Source: Bradymonadales bacterium (lineage in GTDB: Bacteria; Bdellovibrionota; UBA2394). Taken from it: a stretch of 34,901 nt of DNA. Both the position numbers and the translations under genes were made by a program. Below, piece by piece: positions 7,530 through 17,657 of the stretch (position 1 is the stretch's first letter; each line of letters starts with the position of its first letter). The notes under the pieces are model-generated. The model had not been told where the DNA came from, made no database searches, and saw only the letters and a program-made list of their open reading frames with translations. The DNA is taken from the NCBI GenBank assembly GCA_007693605.1, contig REDG01000063.1, forward strand, positions 1 to 34,901, read 5' to 3'.

Positions 7530-9929
7530 ATGAGCCCGATTATTCAAAGCCCCCCCAGCAACGCTTCCTCTTCGTCTGACGACCCCCTTCTGATTGATGC
7601 GGGCAAGGGCACGAAAGCTCTTCCGAAAGATATTACCGTGTTTCCGCTCTCTAATTTTGTGGCTTTCCCGCATATGATTCTGCCGGTCGTCGTGCCGAAG
7701 GGAAGGCTTCAAGATTTACTTCATATCGATTCTGACCGACGACTTGAATACATTGGGTTCATCGCCCGCAAACGGGGTGAGGGTGAAAATCCTTCTCCCA
7801 ACGATCTATATGAAACCGGAGTCTGTGCTCGAATCTTGAGAGTTCTTCGACTGCCTGAGGGCTCAACCAGCATGATCGTTCAAACCCTGAAAAGATTTTC
7901 GGTGAGCCGATTTACAAGTTCTGTCCCGGTGATCAAAGCCTTCGTTCAGTATATCGATGATCATATTGAAGATGAAAAACGAGTGCAGGCCTTATCGCTT
8001 TCTGCGCACAATCTTTTACAAGAGGTCATTCAGCTCTCTCCCACCCTGTCCGAAGAGTTCAGCTTGGCCGCTTTGAACATCGAAGGGCCTCGAAAGTTGG
8101 CGGACTTTATCTCAGCCCATCTGAAGCGAATTGATCTCCCCACTCGGCAATCTTTGTTAGAACTCAATAGCGTTGATCTTCGGCTCGAAAAGGCCATCAT
8201 GTATTTAACCCAAGAACTTGAGATCCTAAAGCTCGGTCAGAAGATTCAAGGGGAGATTCAAAGTAAGATTTCAACTTCGCAAAGAGAGTTCTACCTTCGA
8301 GAACAGCTGAAGGCGATTCGCAAAGAGCTGGGTGAAGATTCGGTTGATTTTTCTCAAGATCTGCAAAAGCTAGAAGAAAAGATCCGAACCGCTGGCCTGT
8401 CTGAAGAGGCTTCGACTAAAGCCAAAGAAGAAATGAGACGGCTCCATATGATACCGCCAGAGAGTATGGAGTACTCGATTACAAGAAACTACCTAGAGAC
8501 ACTCAGTGCCTTGCCCTGGCAAGCCACCACCCAAGACGATGTAAATCTTAGAAAAGCCATGAAGGTATTAGATGAAGACCACTTCGGCTTGAAGGATGTA
8601 AAAGAGAGAATCATTGAATTTCTTGCAGTGAAGGCTCTCAAGAAAGATCTATCCGGAAGCATCTTATGTTTTGTGGGTCCGCCGGGGGTTGGCAAGACCT
8701 CTCTTGGAAAGAGCATCGCAAGGGCCCTTGGAAGAAAGTTTCAGAGGTTGAGTTTGGGCGGCATGCGAGACGAGTCAGAAATCAAGGGTCATCGCCGCAC
8801 CTATGTGGGTGCTATGCCTGGCCGAGTTATTCAAAACTTGAAGCGAGCAGGCTCGAAGAATCCCGTGTTTGTTCTCGACGAGATTGATAAAGTTGGCAGT
8901 GACTGGAGAGGCGATCCGGCGTCTGCTCTGCTTGAGGTTCTCGACCCAGAACAAAACTCAGAGTTCATGGATCACTATCTGGATGTGTCCTTTGATCTTT
9001 CTAAAATCATGTTTGTGTGCACGGCCAACACAACCGACACAATTCCCGCGCCCCTGAGAGACCGCATGGAAGTCATCGACATTTCTGGGTATATTGAGAG
9101 CGAAAAGATTGCGATTGCTCAAAGACATTTGTTTCCGAAACAACTTGAAGAGGCCGGACTAAAGAAAGGCGTTCTGAGTCTTCAAAAGTCTGCCTACTCA
9201 GAGATTGTTCGATTCTACACTCGAGAAGCGGGAGTAAGAAATCTTGAACGAGAGATTGGAAAAATCTGTCGAAAAGTGGCAACCAAAGTTGTTCGCTCAA
9301 ATGCCACCAAGGTGAGTGTGAGCGCTGAAAGCCTTGAAAAGTATCTGGGCGTCAGGAAGTTCTCACCTGACTCTCTTATCCCCCGAAAACCCGGCATTGT
9401 CATGGGCCTGGCGTGGACAGCTTACGGCGGCGAGGTCTTGTTTATTGAAGCCTCTAAAATGTCGGGGTCGAAGAACTTAGTTCTGACCGGTAAGCTCGGT
9501 GAAACGATGAGCGAGAGCGCCAAGATCGCTCTGTCGTTCGTTCGATCCAAAGCGAAGGATTTTGATTTCTCGTTGAACGATTTTGAAAAGACCGATTTGC
9601 ATCTTCACTTTCCCGCCGGTGCTATTCGAAAAGACGGTCCCTCAGCGGGTATTAGCATTGCGACAGCCCTGCTGTCGTTGTTTAAGAACAAGCCCGTAAA
9701 GGCCGGGCTGGCCATGACGGGAGAGCTCTCTCTTTCGGGCCAGGTGCTGCCCATTGGAGGGCTGAAGCAAAAACTGATCGCTGCAAAGCAGTTTAAATGT
9801 CGAGAAGTGGTTTTGCCCTACGAGAACAAAAAAGATCTGGTTGAGGTGCCTGTTGAGCTTAAGAAGGGTCTAAAGTTTCACTTTGCAAAACACTATGACG
9901 AGGTGTTTAAGGCTGCCTTTCGGTCATGA
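7530..9929 (+). CDS. lon: ATP-dependent Lon protease (paralogue 1)
   Basis: LON N-domain, GPPGVGKT, HRRTYVGAMPG, LDEIDK, catalytic KDGPSAG and IGGLKQK. Start 7530 preferred. Confidence 0.97.
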   Translation: MSPIIQSPPSNASSSSDDPLLIDAGKGTKALPKDITVFPLSNFVAFPHMILPVVVPKGRLQDLLHIDSDRRLEYIGFIARKRGEGENPSPNDLYETGVCARILRVLRLPEGSTSMIVQTLKRFSVSRFTSSVPVIKAFVQYIDDHIEDEKRVQALSLSAHNLLQEVIQLSPTLSEEFSLAALNIEGPRKLADFISAHLKRIDLPTRQSLLELNSVDLRLEKAIMYLTQELEILKLGQKIQGEIQSKISTSQREFYLREQLKAIRKELGEDSVDFSQDLQKLEEKIRTAGLSEEASTKAKEEMRRLHMIPPESMEYSITRNYLETLSALPWQATTQDDVNLRKAMKVLDEDHFGLKDVKERIIEFLAVKALKKDLSGSILCFVGPPGVGKTSLGKSIARALGRKFQRLSLGGMRDESEIKGHRRTYVGAMPGRVIQNLKRAGSKNPVFVLDEIDKVGSDWRGDPASALLEVLDPEQNSEFMDHYLDVSFDLSKIMFVCTANTTDTIPAPLRDRMEVIDISGYIESEKIAIAQRHLFPKQLEEAGLKKGVLSLQKSAYSEIVRFYTREAGVRNLEREIGKICRKVATKVVRSNATKVSVSAESLEKYLGVRKFSPDSLIPRKPGIVMGLAWTAYGGEVLFIEASKMSGSKNLVLTGKLGETMSESAKIALSFVRSKAKDFDFSLNDFEKTDLHLHFPAGAIRKDGPSAGISIATALLSLFKNKPVKAGLAMTGELSLSGQVLPIGGLKQKLIAAKQFKCREVVLPYENKKDLVEVPVELKKGLKFHFAKHYDEVFKAAFRS

Positions 9930-11527
9930 TTAAACGGGCTCTCATCTCTGTCTCAGATAAAACGGGCCTCGTCGAGTTGGGAAAAGCCCTGAAGCACTTT
10001 CAAGTGGAGATCATCTCTACGGGCGGAACCGCCGAAGCCCTACAAGAGGCGGGCATCGCCACCCTCTCTGTTAGTGACTACACAGGATTTCCTGAAATGA
10101 TGGAGGGGCGCTTAAAGACTTTACATCCTCGCGTTCACGGCGCGCTATTGGGACGAAGAGAGGATGCCCAACACCAAGAGGATGCAAAGACCTACGGAAT
10201 TCAATGGATTGATTTGGTCGTGGTCAATCTCTACCCATTTGAAGAGGCCTTTACTCGCAGCAAGAAACCGGACTGGCGAGATTTAGTTGAGAACATCGAT
10301 ATCGGAGGCCCAGCGATGATTCGAGCGGCTGCGAAAAATCATGAGTATTGCACCGTCGTAGTACAGCCCAAAGACTATAAAAAAATTATTCAGCGACTAA
10401 AGAAGTCTCCTGAAGAGCCTTTTGATTTTAAGTTCCGTTATGACATGGCACTTAAGGCCTTTCACTACACTGGACTGTATGACAGCTATATTGCCCAAAG
10501 CTTAAGTTCTTACGAGGCCGAAAGCCCAAGCGAGCTCCGCCAGAGGGATTTTCCGAAGTATCATTTCGTGGCGGGCCAACTTCATCAAGAACTCCGATAT
10601 GGCGAAAACCCCCACCAAAAGGCTGCCGCTTATCGTGTCGTTCGACCCAGAGAATCGCTGCCCGTGAGCAGCAGCCTTCAGGGCAAGGAGCTTTCTTTCA
10701 ACAACTTTCTAGATGCAGACGCCGCTTGGCGTCTGTTGACCGAGCTCCCACCAAAGTCGACAGTCATCTTAAAGCATAACAATGCCTGTGGGGTTGGGGT
10801 TGGCGAAGGCGAGAAGCAGAGCTTTACTCGCGCCTTCGAGGCCGACCAAGAGAGCGCCTTCGGCGGAGTTGTCGGCATTTCTGGAGAAATTAATTCAGAG
10901 CTGGCGGAGCAGATTGCCGAGAGCTTTTTTGAGATTGTTTGTGCCGAGGCCTTCAGTGTGGGGGCTCGAGAGATCTTTGAGAAAAGAAAGAATCTTCGGC
11001 TCCTGCTATTGCCAAAGCTCTCAGATTCAAATGATTCTTTGTCTGTAAATACTGATTTGAGAAAACTTTCTGGCCTCTATTTGTTGCAAGAGATGGATCA
11101 TTTGGGCCCGTATGGCGAAAATAACTTGGGCCCCGATCTCCATTGCGTCACTAAGAGGGAGCCTACGGGTGACGAACTCTCTTCTCTGCGACTTTCTTGG
11201 GTGATTTCGAAGCACCTAAAGAGCAACGCGGTGGTCATTGGTGATTTGTTTCAAAGCCTTGGAATTGGCTGTGGAGAGGTGAATCGAAAGTACGCCACCC
11301 AAGGAGCGATTGATCGAATGATGTCTCGGCCACAGTTAGGCAGTTTGAGGGTTTGTGCGAGCGATGGCTTTTTTCCTTTTCGAGACAGTGTTGATCTTCT
11401 TTCGAAAGCGGGAGTCACCGCCATTATTCAGCCAGGAGGAAGTCTTCGGGATAAAGAAGTGATCGAAGCCTGTGATGAGGCTCAGATGTCGATGTTGTTT
11501 ACGAAGACAAGGCATTTTCGTCACTAA
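9926..11527 (+). CDS. purH: Bifunctional AICAR formyltransferase/IMP cyclohydrolase
   Basis: RALISVSDK, STGGT, GRLKTLHP, IDIGGP, LRYGENPHQ, SDGFFPF, RHFRH. Confidence 0.97.
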   Translation: MIKRALISVSDKTGLVELGKALKHFQVEIISTGGTAEALQEAGIATLSVSDYTGFPEMMEGRLKTLHPRVHGALLGRREDAQHQEDAKTYGIQWIDLVVVNLYPFEEAFTRSKKPDWRDLVENIDIGGPAMIRAAAKNHEYCTVVVQPKDYKKIIQRLKKSPEEPFDFKFRYDMALKAFHYTGLYDSYIAQSLSSYEAESPSELRQRDFPKYHFVAGQLHQELRYGENPHQKAAAYRVVRPRESLPVSSSLQGKELSFNNFLDADAAWRLLTELPPKSTVILKHNNACGVGVGEGEKQSFTRAFEADQESAFGGVVGISGEINSELAEQIAESFFEIVCAEAFSVGAREIFEKRKNLRLLLLPKLSDSNDSLSVNTDLRKLSGLYLLQEMDHLGPYGENNLGPDLHCVTKREPTGDELSSLRLSWVISKHLKSNAVVIGDLFQSLGIGCGEVNRKYATQGAIDRMMSRPQLGSLRVCASDGFFPFRDSVDLLSKAGVTAIIQPGGSLRDKEVIEACDEAQMSMLFTKTRHFRH

Positions 11528-11529
11528 GC

Positions 11530-12804
11530 ATGACTTCGTCGATACAGAGAAAATATTTGATTATCGGATCTGGGGGGCGAGAGCATGCTCTTTGCCTTCA
11601 TTTAAAAAACCAGGGGCTCAGCGTGGAGTGTGCCCCTGGCAGCGACGCCATCTCGCAACTCTTACCCACTTGGAGCTTCGATACTTTTGATGACTTGGTC
11701 AGCACCATAAGAGAAAGAGAGATCACTGAAGTCATTGTTGGCCCAGAAGTTTATTTGAATGAAGGAATTAGCGATTTCTTAGAGCGGCATCACATTCGAT
11801 GCTTTGGACCGAAACGCTGGGAAGCAAGACTAGAGACAGACAAGGCCTGGGCAAAAAAGTTTTGTAAAAACTGGAAGATTCCAACGGCTCAGTACCGATT
11901 GGTCGACAAAACCTCCGATCTGCCTGCCGTGCTAGCAGAGTTTAAGCCGCCTTTCGTCATTAAAGCCTCTGGGCTTGCCGCAGGAAAAGGCGTTTGGATT
12001 GGTGAAGACGCAGAAGAGGCCGGCAAGGTCGCCAAGGAATTTCTTACAGAGCATGATCATGTGGTCGTCGAAGACTTTGTCGTCGGCAAAGAAGTGTCCG
12101 TCTTTTATGCGGTGGACGGCGATCATTATTGCTTCTTGGGGGAGGCTCAAGATCATAAGAGACTTCTTGACGGAAATCGGGGGCCCAACACGGGGGGCAT
12201 GGGGGTCGTCAGCCCCAGCGGGCTCATTGATTCCAGTCTAAGAATCAAGATAGAAAAGGAAATTTTAGAGCCCTGTCTTAACGGCTTGAAAAGAGAGTCT
12301 TTGTCTTATCGAGGCTTTTTGTTTTTGGGCCTAATGCTGAAGGACGACCGCTTTTGGCTCTTAGAGTTTAACTGTCGCTTAGGAGACCCTGAAGCCCAAG
12401 TGCTTCTGATGAGGCTTCAAACCAGTTTGGCCGATGTGATTGAGTTCTTGGCCATTCAAAAGAATCGGCCCCTTGAAAGCAGCCTCGAACCACAGCTAGA
12501 CCACAGACCAAGTCTCGGTGTTGTCTTGGCGTCAAAACAATACCCTCGAAAGACTTCCAATGGTGAGGACCTTCCGGGCCTTGAGTCTATTCCTCAGAGC
12601 TTGCAAGTTTTTCACTCTGGAACGGCCTGGGATTCTGAAAGAGAGATTTGGAGAACCAAGGGGGGCCGACTTGTTTGTGTCTGTACTCAACAAGACTCGA
12701 TGAAACTTTGCCGCTCGACAGTTTACCCTTGGATTGAGTCGCTTCCATTTCAAGATCGCATCACTTATCGTCGAGATATCGGAGAAGATTATGCCGGAGA
12801 TTAA
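11530..12804 (+). CDS. purD: Phosphoribosylamine-glycine ligase
   Basis: GSGGREHAL, KASGLAAGKGV, QDHKR...GPNTGGMG, EFNCRLGDPE. Confidence 0.97.
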   Translation: MTSSIQRKYLIIGSGGREHALCLHLKNQGLSVECAPGSDAISQLLPTWSFDTFDDLVSTIREREITEVIVGPEVYLNEGISDFLERHHIRCFGPKRWEARLETDKAWAKKFCKNWKIPTAQYRLVDKTSDLPAVLAEFKPPFVIKASGLAAGKGVWIGEDAEEAGKVAKEFLTEHDHVVVEDFVVGKEVSVFYAVDGDHYCFLGEAQDHKRLLDGNRGPNTGGMGVVSPSGLIDSSLRIKIEKEILEPCLNGLKRESLSYRGFLFLGLMLKDDRFWLLEFNCRLGDPEAQVLLMRLQTSLADVIEFLAIQKNRPLESSLEPQLDHRPSLGVVLASKQYPRKTSNGEDLPGLESIPQSLQVFHSGTAWDSEREIWRTKGGRLVCVCTQQDSMKLCRSTVYPWIESLPFQDRITYRRDIGEDYAGD

Positions 12805-14023
12805 AGCCTTCAAAGCCTGCCTGTATTCTCAAAGCCTCAAACCTCAGTTGGCAGATTTGGTGTCACCCCCCTATGATGTGATATCAGAGAGCCAGAGGCA
12901 GGAGCTGATACGAAGAAACGACCTGAATAGTGTGCAATTGTGCTTGATCGATTCTCAAAGTGAACAGCCCTATGAAGAAATGGCCAATCGTTTCAAGGCC
13001 TGGAAAGACGAAGGCGTCTTAGAGCATTTTCCTCGACAGGCTTTTTACTTGATTGAAGAGTCTTATCAATCTTCTGGGCATGATTTTCAAAGGATAGGCT
13101 TTGTTGGCCTTCTTCGACCCACAGCCTTTGAGAAAGGCGAGGTCTTGCCCCATGAACATACTTTGAAGGGGCCAAAGAAAGATCGACTTGAACTGTTGAG
13201 ATGCATGAAGGCAGAACTCTCTCAAATCTTTTTTGTCTATGAAGAACCAGAGAATAGTGTTGAAAAAATCTACCAGAAGAGGAGGTCAGAAGAGGCGCTG
13301 TTTGACTTCAAAGACCCCCTCGGAGTCCATCGTCGAGGCTGGGCGATTGATCAGGAGCAAGACATTCGTGCCATTGAAAATATGATGCGCGATCGACAGC
13401 TTTTGATCGCAGACGGCCACCACCGCTACGAAACCGCTTTGAATTTTTTAGAGGAAAGCTCCGGCGAAATGGGTCGCTATATACAGGGCTACTTTCTCAA
13501 TTCCGAAAGCTCGGGCTTTCAGATTTTGCCGATTCACCGGATTGTTGATCTTCCTCAGAAGTTTGACCACAAGAGGCTGAAGTCTGAACTCGCCAAAGTC
13601 TTTGAGCTGCGAGAGATATCGAAAGGGGAGGCGCTTAGTTTTCCTTCGCAATCGCCCGGGCAAAAAATTCAAATGCTTGTCTGCCTGACTAAGAACGGGC
13701 CCTTCTACAAACTGTCAAGGGCAAAAGATTCAGAGGATGATGCTGAGATCTTCTCACTTCAAAGAGATGTCTTTGAAAGAGTTTTTGATTGGAGCATTGA
13801 TAAAATTTCTGACAAAAGCGTCGTGTCTTATCACCACGAGGCGACAGCAGCCCTTGAGCAACTACAAGATAAGCCTACTAAGATTGCGTTTCTTCTTCCG
13901 GCTACAGATCTGCAGCTCATTCGAAAGTTAGCGTCTCAGGGAAAGAGAATGCCCCAAAAGAGCAGCTTCTTTTCTCCGAAACTGGCTTCGGGCTTGATTG
14001 TCTATGATATGACAGCTTCTTAA
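12791..14023 (+). CDS. DUF1015 family protein (ParB/Srx-like fold)
   Basis: SPPYDVI, PHEHT, LIADGHHRYETA, PIHR and MPQKS motifs. GGAG RBS before ATG 12791. Confidence 0.9.
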   Translation: MPEIKAFKACLYSQSLKPQLADLVSPPYDVISESQRQELIRRNDLNSVQLCLIDSQSEQPYEEMANRFKAWKDEGVLEHFPRQAFYLIEESYQSSGHDFQRIGFVGLLRPTAFEKGEVLPHEHTLKGPKKDRLELLRCMKAELSQIFFVYEEPENSVEKIYQKRRSEEALFDFKDPLGVHRRGWAIDQEQDIRAIENMMRDRQLLIADGHHRYETALNFLEESSGEMGRYIQGYFLNSESSGFQILPIHRIVDLPQKFDHKRLKSELAKVFELREISKGEALSFPSQSPGQKIQMLVCLTKNGPFYKLSRAKDSEDDAEIFSLQRDVFERVFDWSIDKISDKSVVSYHHEATAALEQLQDKPTKIAFLLPATDLQLIRKLASQGKRMPQKSSFFSPKLASGLIVYDMTAS

Positions 14024-14028
14024 GTGGG

Positions 14029-14080
14029 GGGCCCTTATCGCCACTCCCCTTGAATCCCTAAGGGCCCGCCTGCTTTGGCG
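14029..14080 (-). repeat. Intergenic repeat family, junction fragment (copy B)
   Basis: Reverse complement is 43/52 identical, ungapped, to 29498-29549. Forms a GGGCCCTTA...TAAGGGCCC hairpin between convergent genes. Confidence 0.85.
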
Positions 14081-14105
14081 ACGGAGCACTGAGCGCGCTA
14101 GCTTC

Positions 14106-14636
14106 TCAATGCAACTGAGATTCTGACTTCCATTCGTTTCTGGCTTGGCCGGCTTCCATCGCCCTTCGAATGCTGAGCCTTAAGTCTTCGTCTTCGACCG
14201 CCCTCAAGGTCATTTCTTGCCGCTCACTCAAACGAACCGACTGAGTCGTCCATTCCCCCGAAGGTCGCTCCTTCGGTCTTGGCGCCGGGCTCTCAAAAAA
14301 CTTGATGCTTCCGACCCGAAAATGAAGCTCCTTGATGGGTGTTTCAGAAATGGTGGCCCGAATTTTCGCCATCAAAGAGGGTTTAAGAAAGTGCAGCTGC
14401 TGTGCCCAGGCCTGATGCGCCACCTGAACCACCAGCTGCTTATTTCGAAGCTCGAGAGGTCGCGTCACCCGAGCGAGTTCTGGGCCGACAATTTCTTCCC
14501 ACTTTGACCAGATTTGGTGAGATCTCAAATGTTCCTTCACATTCGCAGGAAGTTTCATTCGACTAAAGATCTCCTCTACTGCCGTGGGTCGGGCGGCCTT
14601 TCGGCGAGAGGCTTGGCTTGGGCGTTTTGGTCCCAT
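14106..14636 (-). CDS. dciA: DUF721/DciA family protein (replicative helicase loader-like)
   Basis: W..IVG..LA..T.P......L.V.V...AWAQQL.FLK..L..KI pattern typical of DUF721. Confidence 0.8.
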   Translation of the reverse strand: MGPKRPSQASRRKAARPTAVEEIFSRMKLPANVKEHLRSHQIWSKWEEIVGPELARVTRPLELRNKQLVVQVAHQAWAQQLHFLKPSLMAKIRATISETPIKELHFRVGSIKFFESPAPRPKERPSGEWTTQSVRLSERQEMTLRAVEDEDLRLSIRRAMEAGQARNEWKSESQLH

Positions 14637-14693
14637 GCGCCTAGATTCTCACTTTATCGGTTTCAAAGTCACTCATTTCGTTATAATCATGAA

Positions 14694-16007
14694 ATGATGG
14701 CAAAAACTGAAGCAAACAGCGTGTTTGATCGGCTCAGTAAGTCGATTTTGACCGATGCTTTTCGGGTCGTGATGGACCTTGAGAAGAGCCGTGGAGCGGT
14801 GTTCATCGATGCTCGAACGGGCGAGGACTATATTGACTTTTTCTCATTCTTTGCGAGTAATCCGATCGGATTCAACCACCCTCGACTATCTGAACCTGAG
14901 TTTGAAAAGGATTTGTTGAGAGTTGCGAAAATCAAAGTCTCTAACTCAGATGTGTATACGACAGATTTAGCGGATTTCATCTCTTATTTTCATGAACACT
15001 TTGCCTCCCAATTCGACAAACTCTTTTTTATCGAAGGAGGGGGTCTGGGGGTTGAGAACGCTTTAAAGGCCGCCCAAGATTGGAAGGCTCAGAAAAACCT
15101 GGCCGCAGGACACAAGACGGAGGGCGGACAAGTTCTTCACTTCAAAAAGGCCTTTCACGGGCGAACTGGGTACACTCTCTCTCTGACAAATACGGTCCCC
15201 GACAAGACAAGATACTTTCCGAAGTTCGACTGGCCTCGGGTGACCCATCCCAGCCTAAATTTTCCCACAACCCCTGAGAGCCTCGAAGATGTGAAAAAAC
15301 GAGAAGCTCTTAGCATTGAGGAGATCAAAAGGGCCTTTCAAGATCGTCCCCATGAGATATGTGCGATCATCATCGAACCCATTCAAGGGGAGGGGGGTGA
15401 CAACTTCGTTCGAAAAGAATTCTTGCAAGAGCTTAAAAGGCTCAGCCTTGAAAATGATGCCCTCCTGGTTTTCGATGAAGTTCAGACAGGCCTGGGAATT
15501 ACGGGAAAAGTCTGGGCCTATGAGCATTTTGGCGTAAAGCCCGACCTTCTGGCCTTCGGAAAAAAAGTCCAAGTCGGAGGCTGCGCGGCTGATTTGAGTC
15601 GACTGAATGAGGTGGAGCATGTTTTTAAAGTCTCGAGCCGAATCAATTCCACATGGGGTGGAAACCTTACCGATATGCTTCGATCTCTTCAGTTTATGAA
15701 GATCATTCGAGAAGAGAATTTACTAGAGCATGTGCGAAAGCTGGGAGAGGAAATGCTCGGGTCTTTGAGGGAGCTTTCTGCAAAGGAAGCTCGAATGACG
15801 AATGTCAGGGGCTTGGGCCTGTGGATGGCTTTCGATCTTCCAGATCAGGCGACGAGAGATCGTTACCTTAAGAGTTGCTGGGCGAATCGATTGATGATCC
15901 TCTCGTGCGGGGATCGATCAATTCGACTGCGACCGGTTTTAAATTTAACCAAACAAGAGGCAGAGCAGGGCTTAGATCGACTTAAGAAGAGCTTTGACTC
16001 CCTCTAG
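14694..16007 (+). CDS. lat: L-lysine 6-transaminase (class III PLP aminotransferase)
   Basis: DFFSFFAS, VENALKAA, AFHGRTGY, EPIQGEGGD, DEVQTG, FGKK, NSTWGG. The start at 14694 or 14697 avoids overlap with dciA. Confidence 0.9.
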   Translation: MMAKTEANSVFDRLSKSILTDAFRVVMDLEKSRGAVFIDARTGEDYIDFFSFFASNPIGFNHPRLSEPEFEKDLLRVAKIKVSNSDVYTTDLADFISYFHEHFASQFDKLFFIEGGGLGVENALKAAQDWKAQKNLAAGHKTEGGQVLHFKKAFHGRTGYTLSLTNTVPDKTRYFPKFDWPRVTHPSLNFPTTPESLEDVKKREALSIEEIKRAFQDRPHEICAIIIEPIQGEGGDNFVRKEFLQELKRLSLENDALLVFDEVQTGLGITGKVWAYEHFGVKPDLLAFGKKVQVGGCAADLSRLNEVEHVFKVSSRINSTWGGNLTDMLRSLQFMKIIREENLLEHVRKLGEEMLGSLRELSAKEARMTNVRGLGLWMAFDLPDQATRDRYLKSCWANRLMILSCGDRSIRLRPVLNLTKQEAEQGLDRLKKSFDSL

Positions 16008-16030
16008 GCTTCTGCCAGAGGAGGTAGATC

Positions 16031-17635
16031 GTGAAAATTGAAATGAAAGAAGGCTCGGTTTATGGGCCTCAGCTCATGGGCGCTCATTTGATTCGAGGAA
16101 AATTCGTTCGTGAGGGAAGTGAATTCTTACAGTCTTTCAATTCGGCGAATCACGAAGACCTTTTGGGTGAGTTTCCTGTCGCCGGAGAGTCGCAGATTCA
16201 GCAGGCGGTTTCAGCGGCACAGGATGCCTTTGAGAAGTGGAAGAAGACTCCGGCACCCATTCGCGGCAGCTTTATTGGACGACTCTCTCAGATTCTAGAA
16301 CGAGAGAAAGAGCCCTTAGCCAGAATCATCACCCGAGAGATCGGAAAACCTTTGAAGGAGTCTTTGGGTGAGGTTCAAGAGGCCATCGACACGGCCCAGT
16401 TTTTTCAATCTGAGGGGCGACGGCTTTACGGACAAACAGTGCCATCGGAGTTGCCAGACAAAGAGTTGATGACTTATCGCCGACCTCTAGGGGTGTGCTT
16501 GATGATTACGGCGAGCAATTTCCCCTTTGCCGTTCCGAGCTGGAAAATCATTCCTGCACTACTGACCGGAAACTCTGTGATTTGGAAGCCCTCGCAAGAC
16601 GCGCCAGCGACGGCCTTAAGCTTTGCGCTCTGCTTTCTAGAGGCGGGCTTTCCTGACGGAGTAATCAATCTCTTGTTCGGAGACGGCAAGACAGGAGAGG
16701 CCCTCATGTCTTTTGTCGAGAAGTCAAAGATTCACAAGGTTTCATTTACTGGAAGTTCTGCCGTGGGCCGAAAAATCGGGGAGGTCTGTGGGAGGGCCCT
16801 ACAAACTCCTTCGTTGGAGTTGGGAGGAAAAAATCCGCTGATTCTCGATGAATCGGCAGACCTTCAAAAGGCTGTTCCCACCAGTATCGTCTCTTGTTTC
16901 GGAACGGCTGGGCAACGCTGCACCTCGACCGGAAACATTATCGTACACGAAAAGATCTATGACCGCTTTGAGAAGGCCTTTCTCGAAGCCATCCGTAATA
17001 TAAAGATCGGAAACCCCTTGCTTCATCCCGAAGCCTTGTACGGTCCTCTTTTTGCAGAAAGGTACCTTCAGACTTTTCTAGATCATCTCAACTGGGGAGA
17101 AAAGGAAGGCGCAAAGCGGCTGACGGGAAAGGGTCGAATCACCAAAGATGAGATGTCTCCGCACTTTGTGGGAGAAAATCCTGATCAGGGTTGGTTCGTG
17201 GAGCCAACACTTTGGGCGGCCGTTCGACCCTCAATGAGACTCTTTCAAGAAGAGATTTTTGGGCCGACCGTGAATCTGGTGAAAGCCAAGAGTTTCGAAG
17301 AGGCTCTCTCTTTTGCGAATGATCATGCCTATGGTTTGTCGTCGGCCATCTTCACTCAAAACCCACTTCATATGCTCCGATTTAAAGAGGGGATTGAGGC
17401 GGGCATGAGTAGCATCAACAACTCTACGACTGGAGCCGAGGCTCATCTGCCTTTTGGGGGCACAAAAGCGTCGGGCAACGGCACTCGTGAAAGCGGCATT
17501 TGGGTGCTAGACAGTTATACGCGCTGGCATGCTGTCAATGTAGATCTTGCCAGCGGCCTTCAGCTTGCTCAAATGGATGTAGACTACGGCCGAGCCGGTG
17601 AGAAACAGGATTTTTCAGACTGGGTAAAAGTTTAA
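16031..17635 (+). CDS. Aldehyde dehydrogenase, probably alpha-aminoadipic semialdehyde/P6C dehydrogenase
   Basis: WKPS, FTGS, LELGGKN, GQRCT (catalytic Cys), EEIFGP, PFGG. GAGGAGG RBS before GTG. Substrate inferred from adjacency to lat. Confidence 0.85.
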   Translation: MKIEMKEGSVYGPQLMGAHLIRGKFVREGSEFLQSFNSANHEDLLGEFPVAGESQIQQAVSAAQDAFEKWKKTPAPIRGSFIGRLSQILEREKEPLARIITREIGKPLKESLGEVQEAIDTAQFFQSEGRRLYGQTVPSELPDKELMTYRRPLGVCLMITASNFPFAVPSWKIIPALLTGNSVIWKPSQDAPATALSFALCFLEAGFPDGVINLLFGDGKTGEALMSFVEKSKIHKVSFTGSSAVGRKIGEVCGRALQTPSLELGGKNPLILDESADLQKAVPTSIVSCFGTAGQRCTSTGNIIVHEKIYDRFEKAFLEAIRNIKIGNPLLHPEALYGPLFAERYLQTFLDHLNWGEKEGAKRLTGKGRITKDEMSPHFVGENPDQGWFVEPTLWAAVRPSMRLFQEEIFGPTVNLVKAKSFEEALSFANDHAYGLSSAIFTQNPLHMLRFKEGIEAGMSSINNSTTGAEAHLPFGGTKASGNGTRESGIWVLDSYTRWHAVNVDLASGLQLAQMDVDYGRAGEKQDFSDWVKV

Positions 17636-17657
17636 AGGGGCCTATCTTTTCGAAGGT

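Noticed and set aside
14514..14693. Long N-terminal extensions in the ORF track (lat 14514; also pilT 31966, hemW 24774, abiEii 943, DUF1015 12734)
   Set aside because: They overlap neighbouring genes and precede the family-typical N-termini; downstream starts have better signals.
17633..17647. TAAAGGGGCCTATCT as a sixth repeat arm
   Set aside because: It needs a gap and mismatches over only 15 bp, so it could be chance.
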